64,000 bases of DNA from Endomicrobiia bacterium (GTDB lineage Bacteria > Elusimicrobiota > Endomicrobiia > DTEH01), in the NCBI GenBank assembly GCA_039630545.1, contig JBCNUU010000004.1:64705-128704 (forward strand), written 5' to 3'. A program made the position numbers and the translations under genes. Each line of letters begins with the position of its first letter. The first letter of the stretch is position 1. A model generated the notes under the pieces. That model made no database searches and was not told the origin of the DNA. It saw nothing but the letters and a program-made list of their open reading frames with translations. Shown one piece after another: positions 1-9,584 of the stretch.

Positions 1-229
1 TATTAAACAATTCCATGGATGAAAGTATATCTAGATTTACCTTGAAAGGAAAAAATTTAAATTTATATTTGTAAGACACATATCTTAAATATTCTAAGCT
101 GCCAACTACCAGCGGGTTAAATTGGTAAGTTAAATAATTATATGAAGAACACAAAAGTTTTAATGTCAGTTCATAACCAACACCATCTACATCTCCACAA
201 CTTATTATAAGCCATTTTTTGTTTAACAT
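1..229 (-). CDS. pdxA: PdxA family (4-hydroxythreonine-4-phosphate dehydrogenase-like), N-terminal part, runs off the window edge
   Basis: Not in the ORF track. Manual translation from ATG 229 gives MLNKKWLIISCGDVDGVGYELTLK...PLVVGS..., open to position 1. Resembles the PdxA N-terminal ITxGDPxGIGPE motif and follows a surA-like gene (surA-pdxA synteny). Confidence 0.7.
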   Translation of the reverse strand, partial: MLNKKWLIISCGDVDGVGYELTLKLLCSSYNYLTYQFNPLVVGSLEYLRYVSYKYKFKFFPFKVNLDILSSMELFN

Positions 230-232
230 AAC

Positions 233-1276
233 TCATTTTATTATCTCTAAATACTGAATTTTTGCTTTGCTTTTAAGCTGTGATACAAACTGTTCATAAT
301 ATCTTTCAGCATTTCTTCTAGCTACATACTGAAGTAAATCATCTTTTATCTGTTCGAAATCGGGTTTCCTTTTAGCTCTATGTTCTATTTTTTTTGCTAT
401 ATGATAGCCAAATTTTGTCTCAAATATATCACTCATCTCTCCTTCTTTTAAGGAAAACACTACTTTCTCAAATTCTTCCACAGTATCTCCTCTTGCTATA
501 AAACCTAAATCACCTCCTTTATCTTTGCTACCAGGATCTTCTGAGTATTTCTGAGCTAAAGTTGCAAAATCTTCCCCTTTTTCTAACTTTGATTTTATTT
601 CCTTTATTTTTTTCAAAGCTTCCTCTTTTTTTTCTTTTGAAGCATTTGGATCAACTCTTATAAGAATATGTCTTACTCTTACCTGTTCACTAAAAAATCT
701 TTCTACTAGCTGTGCTAGAAGTTTCAGCTCATTTTTTTCTTCTTCAGGAATTTTTATGTCTTTTTTTTCTATTATTTTTATAACTTTATCAAACACTTCT
801 TTTGCCTCAGCTTCAGTAGGTTCTTTTAGATTTTTTTTAATTTCTTCATCAAGTAACTTTAAAACCATTATTTGCTCTTCTATTTTTTTTTCAAACTCCT
901 TTTGAGTTAAGTTTTCTTTTTTTAACTCTTGTTGGAACATTAAATCAGAAGGAAACCTGGATTTTACAGTTTTTACACCTTCTTCTATTTCCCTTTTTGT
1001 CACCTTTATATTTCTTCTTTTAGCTTCCTGTAGAAGTAATTTATCAGCTATAAGTTGTTCTAAAACCTTTTGTTTCACCTGTTTAATATCCTCTTCTGAA
1101 AGTTCTTTTGTTGAAAGCTGTTTTAGTTGTTCTATCGTAGCATTTAGAAGTTTTTCATATTCAGATTTCATTAAATTTTCATTGTTTACTTTTACTATTA
1201 CTTTATCAACAACAGACGTATTAACAATTGATGTCATTAGACAAAATAGTATAAAGTAATAAAATCTTCTTTTCAT
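233..1276 (-). CDS. SurA/PrsA-like parvulin peptidyl-prolyl isomerase
   Basis: Signal peptide, SurA-N-like VVDKVIVKVN, parvulin motifs VRHILI, FATLAQKYSED, GGDLGF, FGYHI. Confidence 0.88.
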   Translation of the reverse strand: MKRRFYYFILFCLMTSIVNTSVVDKVIVKVNNENLMKSEYEKLLNATIEQLKQLSTKELSEEDIKQVKQKVLEQLIADKLLLQEAKRRNIKVTKREIEEGVKTVKSRFPSDLMFQQELKKENLTQKEFEKKIEEQIMVLKLLDEEIKKNLKEPTEAEAKEVFDKVIKIIEKKDIKIPEEEKNELKLLAQLVERFFSEQVRVRHILIRVDPNASKEKKEEALKKIKEIKSKLEKGEDFATLAQKYSEDPGSKDKGGDLGFIARGDTVEEFEKVVFSLKEGEMSDIFETKFGYHIAKKIEHRAKRKPDFEQIKDDLLQYVARRNAERYYEQFVSQLKSKAKIQYLEIIK

Positions 1277-1314
1277 TATTCTTTCCCCTTTTTGAATAAA
1301 AAATTTTCAGTAAG

Positions 1315-1343
1315 AATATACAAAATTATATTGCAATTGTAAA
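1315..1343 (-). promoter_or_regulatory. Possible sigma70 promoter for surA-pdxA
   Basis: TTTACA-N17-TATATT on the minus strand in the intergenic gap; weak because the background is AT-rich. Confidence 0.3.
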
Positions 1344-1364
1344 CAGAAAAGAAAAAATTAAATG

Positions 1365-2093
1365 CTATTCTTTTAAAACTGTTTTAATAAAAATTTCCTC
1401 CAGGGGAGTTTTTTGCCATTCTTTGTTGTGTACTATATGTAAAATTTCTCCTTTATGAATTATAGCAACTCTATCACATACTTTTTCAAGTTCTGAAATA
1501 AGGTGTGAAGAAAAGAAAATTGTTTTTCCTTGGGATTTAAGCTGCAATATGAAATCTCTCATCTCTTTTATACCTAATGGGTCAAGTCCACTTGTAGGTT
1601 CATCAAATATTAAAACTTCTGGATTATGAATTATAGCCTGTGCCAATCCTAACCTTTGAAGCATGCCTTTAGAATATTCTGAAGTTTTTCTTTCAATACT
1701 ATCTGAAAGTTTTACAAAATCAATCACTTCTTTTATTCTATCGTTAGGTATACCACCTACTAAACTGGCGTAGAATTTCAATAACTCCATGCCAGTAAAA
1801 TTTTTATTAAAACTTACTAACTCTGGAAGGTATCCGATATGTTTGTTTATCTTCCAATTTGGTATTTTGTTTTTTAAAATATATATTTCTCCATCGTCGG
1901 GGAATAAAAGTCCTAAAATAAGTTTTATTGTTGTAGTTTTGCCTGAACCATTTAAACCTAAAAGTCCAAAAATTTCATTCCTGTAAACATCAAGATTAAT
2001 TTTATTTACTCCTACTATATTTTGAGTTGTTAAAAACTTATATTTTTTGTATACCTTTGTTAAATTTTTTATTTCTATTATTTTATCGTTCAT
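1365..2093 (-). CDS. ABC transporter ATP-binding protein (ABC-2 type)
   Basis: Walker A GLNGSGKTT, signature YSKGM, Walker B LIFDEP, H-loop SSH. Confidence 0.92.
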   Translation of the reverse strand: MNDKIIEIKNLTKVYKKYKFLTTQNIVGVNKINLDVYRNEIFGLLGLNGSGKTTTIKLILGLLFPDDGEIYILKNKIPNWKINKHIGYLPELVSFNKNFTGMELLKFYASLVGGIPNDRIKEVIDFVKLSDSIERKTSEYSKGMLQRLGLAQAIIHNPEVLIFDEPTSGLDPLGIKEMRDFILQLKSQGKTIFFSSHLISELEKVCDRVAIIHKGEILHIVHNKEWQKTPLEEIFIKTVLKE

Positions 2094-3682
2094 AAATTTA
2101 TAAACTTAACCATTTTTACTCCAGCAACTTCATTCAAAGAAGACAACACTTCCTGTGGTACTTCATCATCTACATTAATAAAAGTTAAAGCATCGCCTCC
2201 TTGAACCTTTCTTGCGACAAACATTTTTGCTATGTTTATATTGTTGTTTCCTAGGATGGTACCTATTTTACCTATTATTCCTGGTTTATCTACATTAGAG
2301 ACTATAATTATATTCCCTTGAGGTTCCAAATCGGCATCCATGCCATCAATTTCTACTATCCGACAACTTTTATCTGAAATCAAAGTTCCAGAAATATAAT
2401 GGGAAGATTTAGCAGTAATAACTTTTACAGTAATAATCTCCTTAAATTCTTTTGACTCCTGAGATTTAGACTCTTTTATGGTGATACCTCTTTCTTTCGC
2501 AATAATATGAGAATTTACAAAGTTAAGTTGAATATCCACAAAATTTGATAAAAAACTTTTTACATAAGCAGAAGTCAAAATATATGTATTTATATTATTA
2601 AAAACTTCACCTGTATATTGAACTTCTATCTGTTTGATAGCTTCTGAAACAAGATGGCTGTGAAGTGCCCCCATCTTTTCTACTAATACAATATAGGGTT
2701 TTAGTTTCTCGTACATCTGAAAATCAACCGAAGGAATGTTTACTGCATTTTTTATAACTCCTTTTGTGAAAAAATCAATTAACATAGAAGAAACTTCGTG
2801 AGCAATTTTAATCTGAGCCTCTTCAGTTGAAGCTCCTAAATGAGGAGTAACAACCACATTATCTAAACTAAACAAAGCTAAAGAACTATCCGGAGGTTCC
2901 TTTTCATAAACATCCAATGCAGCTGAAGATACCTTTCCAGATTTCAAAGCTTCATATAAATCCGATTCATTTATAATTCCTCCACGAGCACAATTTACTA
3001 TTTTAACCCCATCTTTCATTTTCGCAATAGTTTCTTTATTTATTAAATTCTTTGTAGCTTCGGTTTTTGGTACATGTAGACTTATAATATCTGACTCTTT
3101 TAAAAGAGCATCCAATGATTTAAGTTCTACACCAAGCTGCTCTGCATATTCTTCGGAAACATAAGGATCATATGCAATTACCTTCATCTCAAATGCCTTC
3201 ATCCTTTTAGCCACTTCTGAACCAATTCTACCTAAACCTATAAGTCCAAGAGTTTTTCCTTGCAGTTCATTACCAATAAACTTTTCTCTTTCCCATTTTC
3301 CTGTTTTTAAAGAATTATGAGCTTGTGGTATATTTCGCATCATTGCTAAAATAAGACCTATAGTATGTTCACAGGCTGAAATAGTATTTCCTCCAGGAAC
3401 ATTCATTACAACAATCCCCTTTTTGTTAGCAGCTTGAATATCTACATTATCAACTCCTGTACCTGCTCTACATATAACTTTTAACCTATCTGCTTTATCT
3501 ATTATATCTTTCGTAATTTTTACTTCTGAGCGGATAAGTAGCCCATCATAGTCTTTTATTAAATTTATAAGCTCTTCCTGAGAGGGTTTAGGTTTAATAT
3601 CTAACTGAAAATCTGGATGGTTTACCAAAGACTCTAATCCTTCTAAACTTTTATAAGTCATCAAAATTTTATATTTTTTCAT
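2090..3682 (-). CDS. serA: D-3-phosphoglycerate dehydrogenase (long form with ASB and ACT domains)
   Basis: RAGTGVDNVD, GLGRIG, NCARGG, TPHLGAST; C-terminal ACT domain (NVDKPGIIGKIG). Confidence 0.93.
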   Translation of the reverse strand: MKKYKILMTYKSLEGLESLVNHPDFQLDIKPKPSQEELINLIKDYDGLLIRSEVKITKDIIDKADRLKVICRAGTGVDNVDIQAANKKGIVVMNVPGGNTISACEHTIGLILAMMRNIPQAHNSLKTGKWEREKFIGNELQGKTLGLIGLGRIGSEVAKRMKAFEMKVIAYDPYVSEEYAEQLGVELKSLDALLKESDIISLHVPKTEATKNLINKETIAKMKDGVKIVNCARGGIINESDLYEALKSGKVSSAALDVYEKEPPDSSLALFSLDNVVVTPHLGASTEEAQIKIAHEVSSMLIDFFTKGVIKNAVNIPSVDFQMYEKLKPYIVLVEKMGALHSHLVSEAIKQIEVQYTGEVFNNINTYILTSAYVKSFLSNFVDIQLNFVNSHIIAKERGITIKESKSQESKEFKEIITVKVITAKSSHYISGTLISDKSCRIVEIDGMDADLEPQGNIIIVSNVDKPGIIGKIGTILGNNNINIAKMFVARKVQGGDALTFINVDDEVPQEVLSSLNEVAGVKMVKFINL

Positions 3683-3697
3683 TATTTTATACCTCTT

Positions 3698-4841
3698 TTA
3701 TAAACTATTCAGCTTCTCCTGAAATACTTTTACAGCATTACCTAAAGATATTTTAAAACCAAATTTATTCAAAACTACTTCTAAACCTGAAAGAGCTACA
3801 ATTAAGTCAAATTTATCAATATAACCCATATGAGCAATACGAACAATTTTACCTTTAAGTCTATCCTGACCACCAGCAATTGAAATACCAAAATCTTCTC
3901 TTAAAACTCTTACTATTTTTTGACCATCAATTCCTTCAGGCATAGAAATAGGTGTCACTATATTACTTATATGAGCTTCATCGCAGAATATCCTAAGACC
4001 CATAGCTTTTATTGCCTCTCTTGTGGCAACGGCTAATTTTTCAGTATCTTGCCAGATCTTTTCTAATGTTTTTTCTTTAATCATTTCTATAGCTTTATGA
4101 AGTGCTACAACTAAACTTACAGCTGGTGTGAAAGGTGTCTCTTTATTCTCAATTGATTTTCTCATTTTTTTGAAATCTAAATAAAATTTTGGCAAATTAG
4201 AATTTTCAACTAATTTCCAGGCTTTATTGCTTACTGTAACAAAAGATAATCCTGGTGGACACATCAGTCCTTTTTGCGAACCAGTCACTGCAACATCAAC
4301 ACTCCATTCATCATTTAAAAATTTTTGATTTACAAGTCCACTTACAGTATCTACTACTAAAACCGCGTGTGTTTGTCTTACTATTTCTCCTATAGTCTTA
4401 ATATCGTTTACTATACCTGTAGATGTTTCCGTATGAGTAGTAAACACAACTTTTATGTTTTTGTTTTGTTTTAAAAATTTATCTATATCTTCAGGATCTA
4501 TAGCTTTTCCCCATTCAACTGAAATTTTATTAACTTTTAAACCATATGCTTGACAAATTTTTTCCCATCTGTCTCCAAAATTTCCACAGGAAGCAACCAA
4601 AACCTCATCGCCAAAAGATAATAGATTCACAACAGATGCTTCCATAGCAGCTGTTCCAGAACCAGTTACCATTAGAACATCGTTTTTAGTTTGAAAAACA
4701 TATTTCATCCCCTCTATTACTTCAACAAAAATTTTACCAAATTCAGAGGTTCTATGATGAAGAATCGGTCTTGCTTCTGCTTGTGCTACTTCAGGAGGAA
4801 CTGGTTGTTGGCCCTGGCGTAAGCAAAAAATATTTTTTCAT
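3698..4841 (-). pseudogene. Class V PLP aminotransferase (alanine-glyoxylate/serine-pyruvate/SerC-like) with an apparent +1 frameshift near 4805; true lesion or sequencing error
   Basis: ATG 4841 (SD AGGAG) gives MKKYFLLTPGPT, then a stop after four more codons. The expected continuation PVPPEVAQAEARPILHHRTSEF is in the frame of ORF 3698..4708, which has GSGTAAME and the PLP lysine motif GSQKG. Confidence 0.75.
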
Positions 4842-4859
4842 ATTTTTCTCCTTTCGATA

Positions 4860-4877
4860 TTGTGAAATTTTTCACAA
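4860..4877. promoter_or_regulatory. Palindromic operator matching the Rex consensus (also contains the CRP consensus)
   Basis: TTGTGAA-ATTT-TTCACAA between a candidate extended -10 (TGTTAAAAT, 4889-4897 minus) and the SD of the aminotransferase gene. Confidence 0.65.
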
Positions 4878-4916
4878 AAAATACAAAAATTTTAACATAA
4901 AAATCAAGAGGTGGAA

Positions 4917-5456
4917 TTATTTTATTTTTATTATTTTTGAAATAACACCAAAAATACCTCCACCTATATGATGAATTGTTTTAGCTTTGTTGGGCTGAAG
5001 ATAACTATCATACACACTTTCTTCTACTGCACAATATACGACTTTACCCACAAATAATTTAACTCCATCATATTCTTTTTTATCAAAGAGTTTTGCTTCT
5101 ATAAAACCTACACAGTTTTTAAGATGAACCACATCAACTTCAAAACCATCTTCATAAAGTATATTAAACTTCTTAAATTTATCTTCTTTTCTGCCAGATA
5201 TTTTACCTGTAAACTTTATCAAATCTAACATTTCAACTGAAGGAATATTTATTACAAATTCTTTATATTTTTCTATCAATTCAGATGTGTAATGAGCGGA
5301 AGCTACACATATTACTACCAACGGTGGTTCATCATTTAAAGGAGTGAGCCAGGCTACAGGAGCTATATTTTTTAGCTGTTTGTTGCCTGAAGTTATCAAA
5401 CAACATGGTCCATGGTTGATTAAATGATAAAATTCATAAAGTTTTATTTTTTTCAT
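4917..5456 (-). CDS. Flavin reductase-like (flavoredoxin family) FMN-binding protein
   Basis: NIAPVAW, HYTSELI..YKEFVINIP, G..SGRKEDKF, LFVGKV. Confidence 0.8.
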   Translation of the reverse strand: MKKIKLYEFYHLINHGPCCLITSGNKQLKNIAPVAWLTPLNDEPPLVVICVASAHYTSELIEKYKEFVINIPSVEMLDLIKFTGKISGRKEDKFKKFNILYEDGFEVDVVHLKNCVGFIEAKLFDKKEYDGVKLFVGKVVYCAVEESVYDSYLQPNKAKTIHHIGGGIFGVISKIIKIK

Positions 5457-5467
5457 GAAAATCTCCT

Positions 5468-7348
5468 CTATATCAAAGGATTGTGTTGAACATAAATTAA
5501 AGGTGATGTTTCTGTAGTTTTATATTTGCCAATTTCTAACATTATTTTTTCAACTAATGACATTTTTGTTTCTAGTATTTTTAAAATAATTATACTGCTA
5601 TAACCATTATAGTCTTTTTCAATATCTTTTTCAACAAAAATTTCAATGTTGTTTTCTTTTTTAAAAACTTCTAAAATTTTTTCTTTAAAATCTAAAACTA
5701 CATTTTCTTTTTTATCTAAAATTTGCAATTTAACTAAATACACAAATGGTGGATACTTTAACATTTTTCTTACCTTTAACTCCTCCCTATAAAAATTTTT
5801 ATAATCAATGTTTAAAATATTCTCTTTGTTTCTTGTTTCAATATAAACTTCTATAACCTTGTCTTTAGAAATTAAAGATTCAAAAATTTTAATAATTCTA
5901 TAAAAATTTTCATAGTTTAAATAATTAGGCTTTTGAAAAAACTCATCTGCTGAGACAAAATAAATGCTTCCTATAAAAGAAAAATTTAGTCTATAGATAT
6001 AATTTAAAATATCTAAATTGCTAACCAGTACATCTATCTTTCTGTTGTTAAATTCTTCTATTTTTTTATTCTGCAATAAAGCATTATAAGAAGTTAATTC
6101 CTGAATATTTGCTATTTTTATTTTTGATGATAAAAAACTTACTATTTTTTTAACAGCAGAAAAATGTTCTTTATAATATGTACTTCCACAATCAGGACAT
6201 ATATAGGTATGTTTTATCTTAAATTCTTTTTTTAATTTTCTTTTTGAAAAAATTTTTTTACATATCAAACATTTGTAATATCCTGTTGAACCTCTATATG
6301 GAAAAATTATTAATGCTTGTTTAAATTTATAAACATCTTTCAAGATAACTTTTGTTAAATCTTTTGTCACTATATTTATCTTTATTAAGTTTTTATTTAT
6401 ACTTAAATTTTTTTTACTGGATACCAAGGGATAATTATATAAATGAGTAACTGAAGGAAAAAAACTACTATATATTAGCCTGCAATTGTAACTTTTTATT
6501 CTCTTCTCTAAAATAAGCAAACAATCATACATAGGTACCTCTGGATTTTTATACCCTAAAGCATCGGGTTCATCTACTACTATGTAGGAGATGTTATTAA
6601 AAGGCAAGAATACACCAATCTTTGTAGAAATTATCACATTTATAAACTTATTTCTTATAAAAAACCAAATTTTATATCTTTCCTCTAATGGTGTCTCTCC
6701 AGTGTATAAAACTATTTTCTTTGTTATTTGTTCATTATTAAATAGATTATTTTGTTTTAAAACCAACTCAGAAAAACTTTGAATATAGTTACTATTTGGA
6801 AAAAGTAACAACAACTGTGTATCGTTTTTAATTACATATGATATTAAACTTTTATAAAAATCAAATTTCTCTTCTAAGTTTGACGGTACAAATAAACTTA
6901 TTTTATGAGCGTTTATTTTTTTAAAAATTTTAAGATATTTGTTTTTACTTTCAATATCATCTAAAGTTAAAGTTCCATTTTTTTTAACAAGTATCGCTTC
7001 TTTTAATGTAAATTTATTTTCTAAAGGAAAAAATTGATTTAAAAAATAACCAAAAGAAACAAGATAAATTTTAGAAAGCCATTCCCCAGTAGATAACTGT
7101 TCTTTGTCAAAAAAATATGTCTGGTCTATTACGGATTTTATAGGTTTTATATTAGTTAAATCAATTTCTGAATTATTGGACTTGCCAACTATAACACCTA
7201 TTTTGTTTATTTCTTTTCCAAAATCTACTTCAACTCTTGTTCCAATTATATCTTCTTTTATCAATTCTTTAGAGATATAATAAGTATACTTTTTATTTAA
7301 CGGTATAGGAAATACCACATCACACAAAATATAATTATTTTTTTTCAT
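5468..7348 (-). CDS. priA: Primosomal protein N' (PriA)-like with degenerate helicase motifs
   Basis: PriA N-terminus (PIPLNKKYTY...GTRVEVDFG...IKPI), F(L)PF..ISYIVVDE, CxxC pair, C-terminal RKMLKYPPF; no Walker A GKT. Confidence 0.75.
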   Translation of the reverse strand: MKKNNYILCDVVFPIPLNKKYTYYISKELIKEDIIGTRVEVDFGKEINKIGVIVGKSNNSEIDLTNIKPIKSVIDQTYFFDKEQLSTGEWLSKIYLVSFGYFLNQFFPLENKFTLKEAILVKKNGTLTLDDIESKNKYLKIFKKINAHKISLFVPSNLEEKFDFYKSLISYVIKNDTQLLLLFPNSNYIQSFSELVLKQNNLFNNEQITKKIVLYTGETPLEERYKIWFFIRNKFINVIISTKIGVFLPFNNISYIVVDEPDALGYKNPEVPMYDCLLILEKRIKSYNCRLIYSSFFPSVTHLYNYPLVSSKKNLSINKNLIKINIVTKDLTKVILKDVYKFKQALIIFPYRGSTGYYKCLICKKIFSKRKLKKEFKIKHTYICPDCGSTYYKEHFSAVKKIVSFLSSKIKIANIQELTSYNALLQNKKIEEFNNRKIDVLVSNLDILNYIYRLNFSFIGSIYFVSADEFFQKPNYLNYENFYRIIKIFESLISKDKVIEVYIETRNKENILNIDYKNFYREELKVRKMLKYPPFVYLVKLQILDKKENVVLDFKEKILEVFKKENNIEIFVEKDIEKDYNGYSSIIILKILETKMSLVEKIMLEIGKYKTTETSPLIYVQHNPLI

Positions 7349-8060
7349 GGATACCCAAAATTTTCATTATTAATTTCATATCCTTCCACACATATGGTTT
7401 TAACGAAGGATTTCTTAAAAGAGCTGCTGGATGATATGTAGGAATTACTTTTATATCTAAACCAGAATATTTATATTCAAATATTTTTCCCCTCAACTCT
7501 GATATAGGAACATCATTACCAGTAAGAGTCTTAGCAGCTATGGAACCTAAACAACATATAACTTTTGGAGAAATTATTTCTATCTGGTGATGTAAGTAGT
7601 TTATGCATGCTTTAATTTCTTCAAGAGTTGGAGGTCTGTCGTTATTTCTAAGTTGTGGATCTGGAATTTCTACAGGATGACATTTCACAACATTTGTAAT
7701 ATAAACTTCTTCTCTGTTTAAATTCATAGCTTGAATAATCTTGTTTAAAAGCTCGCCTGCTTTTCCAACAAAAGGTCTTGCTTGTTTGTCTTCCTCATAT
7801 CCAGGTGCCTCTCCTATAAACATAAGCTCTGCATTTATGTTGCCTTCTCCAAATACTACATTGGTTCTGGTTTGGTAAAGATTGCAGTTTCTACATTTTT
7901 TGACTTCTAATTTTAACTTCTCTAATTTTTTGAATTTATCATCTGGATTGTTATCATTAAAAAGATTTTTTGAGATATCTATATATAAACCATCTAAAGA
8001 ATATAAAATTGAAGCAAGTTTAAAAAGTTGTGTTAACTTTTTCTTGTTTTCTTCTTTCAT
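7335..8060 (-). CDS. udg: Family 4 ([4Fe-4S]) uracil-DNA glycosylase
   Basis: [34 protein letters not shown]. Confidence 0.92.
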   Translation of the reverse strand: MKEENKKKLTQLFKLASILYSLDGLYIDISKNLFNDNNPDDKFKKLEKLKLEVKKCRNCNLYQTRTNVVFGEGNINAELMFIGEAPGYEEDKQARPFVGKAGELLNKIIQAMNLNREEVYITNVVKCHPVEIPDPQLRNNDRPPTLEEIKACINYLHHQIEIISPKVICCLGSIAAKTLTGNDVPISELRGKIFEYKYSGLDIKVIPTYHPAALLRNPSLKPYVWKDMKLIMKILGIHEKK

Positions 8061-8701
8061 TTTTTACTAATTAACTTTTCTAACCAATTAAGTAATATTT
8101 TCACAAACGCTTTCTTCTTTAGTTTTTTGTACTTTTTTATTACTCCATTTCTAAAAATTAATGTAGGAGTAATCCAGTCACTCCCAAAGCTATCAGGATA
8201 GTTTAAAACAATTAGATCCAGATTCTTTTTTAACAATTTATTAATAGCATATTTTATAGAGTTTTTTCTATCTGTTTCAAGAGCAAAACCTATTAAAATC
8301 TGATCGTTTTTTTTATTTAAGCCACAATACTCAAGGATATCTTTTGTATTGATTAATTTTATTAATCTATATTTTTTAGTCTTTTTTAATTTATTCTTAT
8401 ATAATTTTAAAGGTTTAAAATCACAGACAGCAGCACATGAAATTATAGCATCAACTTTATTTAAAAATTTTTTCACCAGTTTAAACATTTCGTCAGAGGT
8501 TTCTATATAACAGATATCTACATTCTTAGGAGGCTTCAAGTTTACAGGTCCACTAATAAGGGTAATTTTGTATTTTTTAGAAAATTCTTCGGCTATTTGA
8601 TAACCAAGTTTTCCGGAAGAACGGTTAGATATAAATCTTACAGGATCTATATATTCGCGTGTAGGGCCCGCTGTGATTAGAATATGTTTTTTTTGTTGCA
8701 T
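8057..8701 (-). CDS. coaB: Phosphopantothenate-cysteine ligase (stand-alone CoaB)
   Basis: ITAGPTREYIDPVRFISNRSSGKLG, AAVCDF, GFALET. Confidence 0.9.
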   Translation of the reverse strand: MQQKKHILITAGPTREYIDPVRFISNRSSGKLGYQIAEEFSKKYKITLISGPVNLKPPKNVDICYIETSDEMFKLVKKFLNKVDAIISCAAVCDFKPLKLYKNKLKKTKKYRLIKLINTKDILEYCGLNKKNDQILIGFALETDRKNSIKYAINKLLKKNLDLIVLNYPDSFGSDWITPTLIFRNGVIKKYKKLKKKAFVKILLNWLEKLISKK

Positions 8702-8708
8702 TCATTTA

Positions 8709-9254
8709 TTATTTTTTTAACATTTTTTTAATATAATCAAAAATCTCCTCTACCTCTGGAAGTCTACCTTCTCCTTCTTTACCACATAATAATTTTCCTT
8801 TTTGAGGTTCTAAAATATTATAACCTATCTTTTTAAGTATGGAAATATTTTTTTGTGTAACAGGGTGTTTCCACATGTTAACATTCATTGAAGGACATAA
8901 TAAAACTTTAGTTTTTTCTCTATCTATAGCATAGATAGTTGCAGTTAAAAGGTCTTCTGTTTTAGCTATGGCTAATTTTGAAATAGTATTACAACTGCAA
9001 GGAACAACTACCACCAAATCCGCCCATTGAGATAAAGATATATGTGTAGGTAGATATTCTGTTTGAGAAAACATATCTATGTATACTTTATCTTGAGCTA
9101 GCTCTTGTAATAACATAGGAGATATCAATTTTGTAGCATTTTCTGTCATTATACACTTTACGGTGTAGTTTTCATTTTTTAATTTTCTTATAAGATCACA
9201 TACTTTATACAGAGCAATTCCTGCTGTTATACCTATTAGTATATTTTTACTCAT
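8709..9254 (-). CDS. coaC: Phosphopantothenoylcysteine decarboxylase (stand-alone CoaC)
   Basis: GITAGIALYK, HISLSQWAD, PSMNVNMW, LLCGKEGEGRL. Confidence 0.9.
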   Translation of the reverse strand: MSKNILIGITAGIALYKVCDLIRKLKNENYTVKCIMTENATKLISPMLLQELAQDKVYIDMFSQTEYLPTHISLSQWADLVVVVPCSCNTISKLAIAKTEDLLTATIYAIDREKTKVLLCPSMNVNMWKHPVTQKNISILKKIGYNILEPQKGKLLCGKEGEGRLPEVEEIFDYIKKMLKK

Positions 9255-9584
9255 TTATTTTCTTTTTTTAGATTTTTTATTTGTCTCTTTTTCAGTTGTT
9301 TCTTCTTCTCCAATAGAAGATTCCATCAATATGCTTAACTTTTTTCTGGTTTCTAGTGGCCCCAATTTTTTTATATCTTCAATAGTAACTTTACCTGTCA
9401 AAATATCATGAATAGCAATGTTGATTCTTTCACTATCTAAAAGATCTTTATATTCTTCTTTATATTTAAGTTCTGCAGCCCAGCGGGCTATATAAGGAAC
9501 CAATTTATATTTATCATATTTTGAAGAGAGTATTATTTTGTGAATTTCTTTATGAATTTTTTCTATATCTTCTTTTATTCCCAT
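9255..9584 (-). CDS. Probable divergent RNA polymerase omega subunit
   Basis: DKYKLVPYIARWAAEL and INIAIHDILTGKV resemble the two RpoZ helices; lies directly upstream of coaC/coaB. Confidence 0.55.
   Translation of the reverse strand: MGIKEDIEKIHKEIHKIILSSKYDKYKLVPYIARWAAELKYKEEYKDLLDSERINIAIHDILTGKVTIEDIKKLGPLETRKKLSILMESSIGEEETTEKETNKKSKKRK

Noticed and set aside
8057-9254. Split coaC/coaB as a broken coaBC
   Set aside because: Both halves have their own starts and complete motifs, and split forms are common
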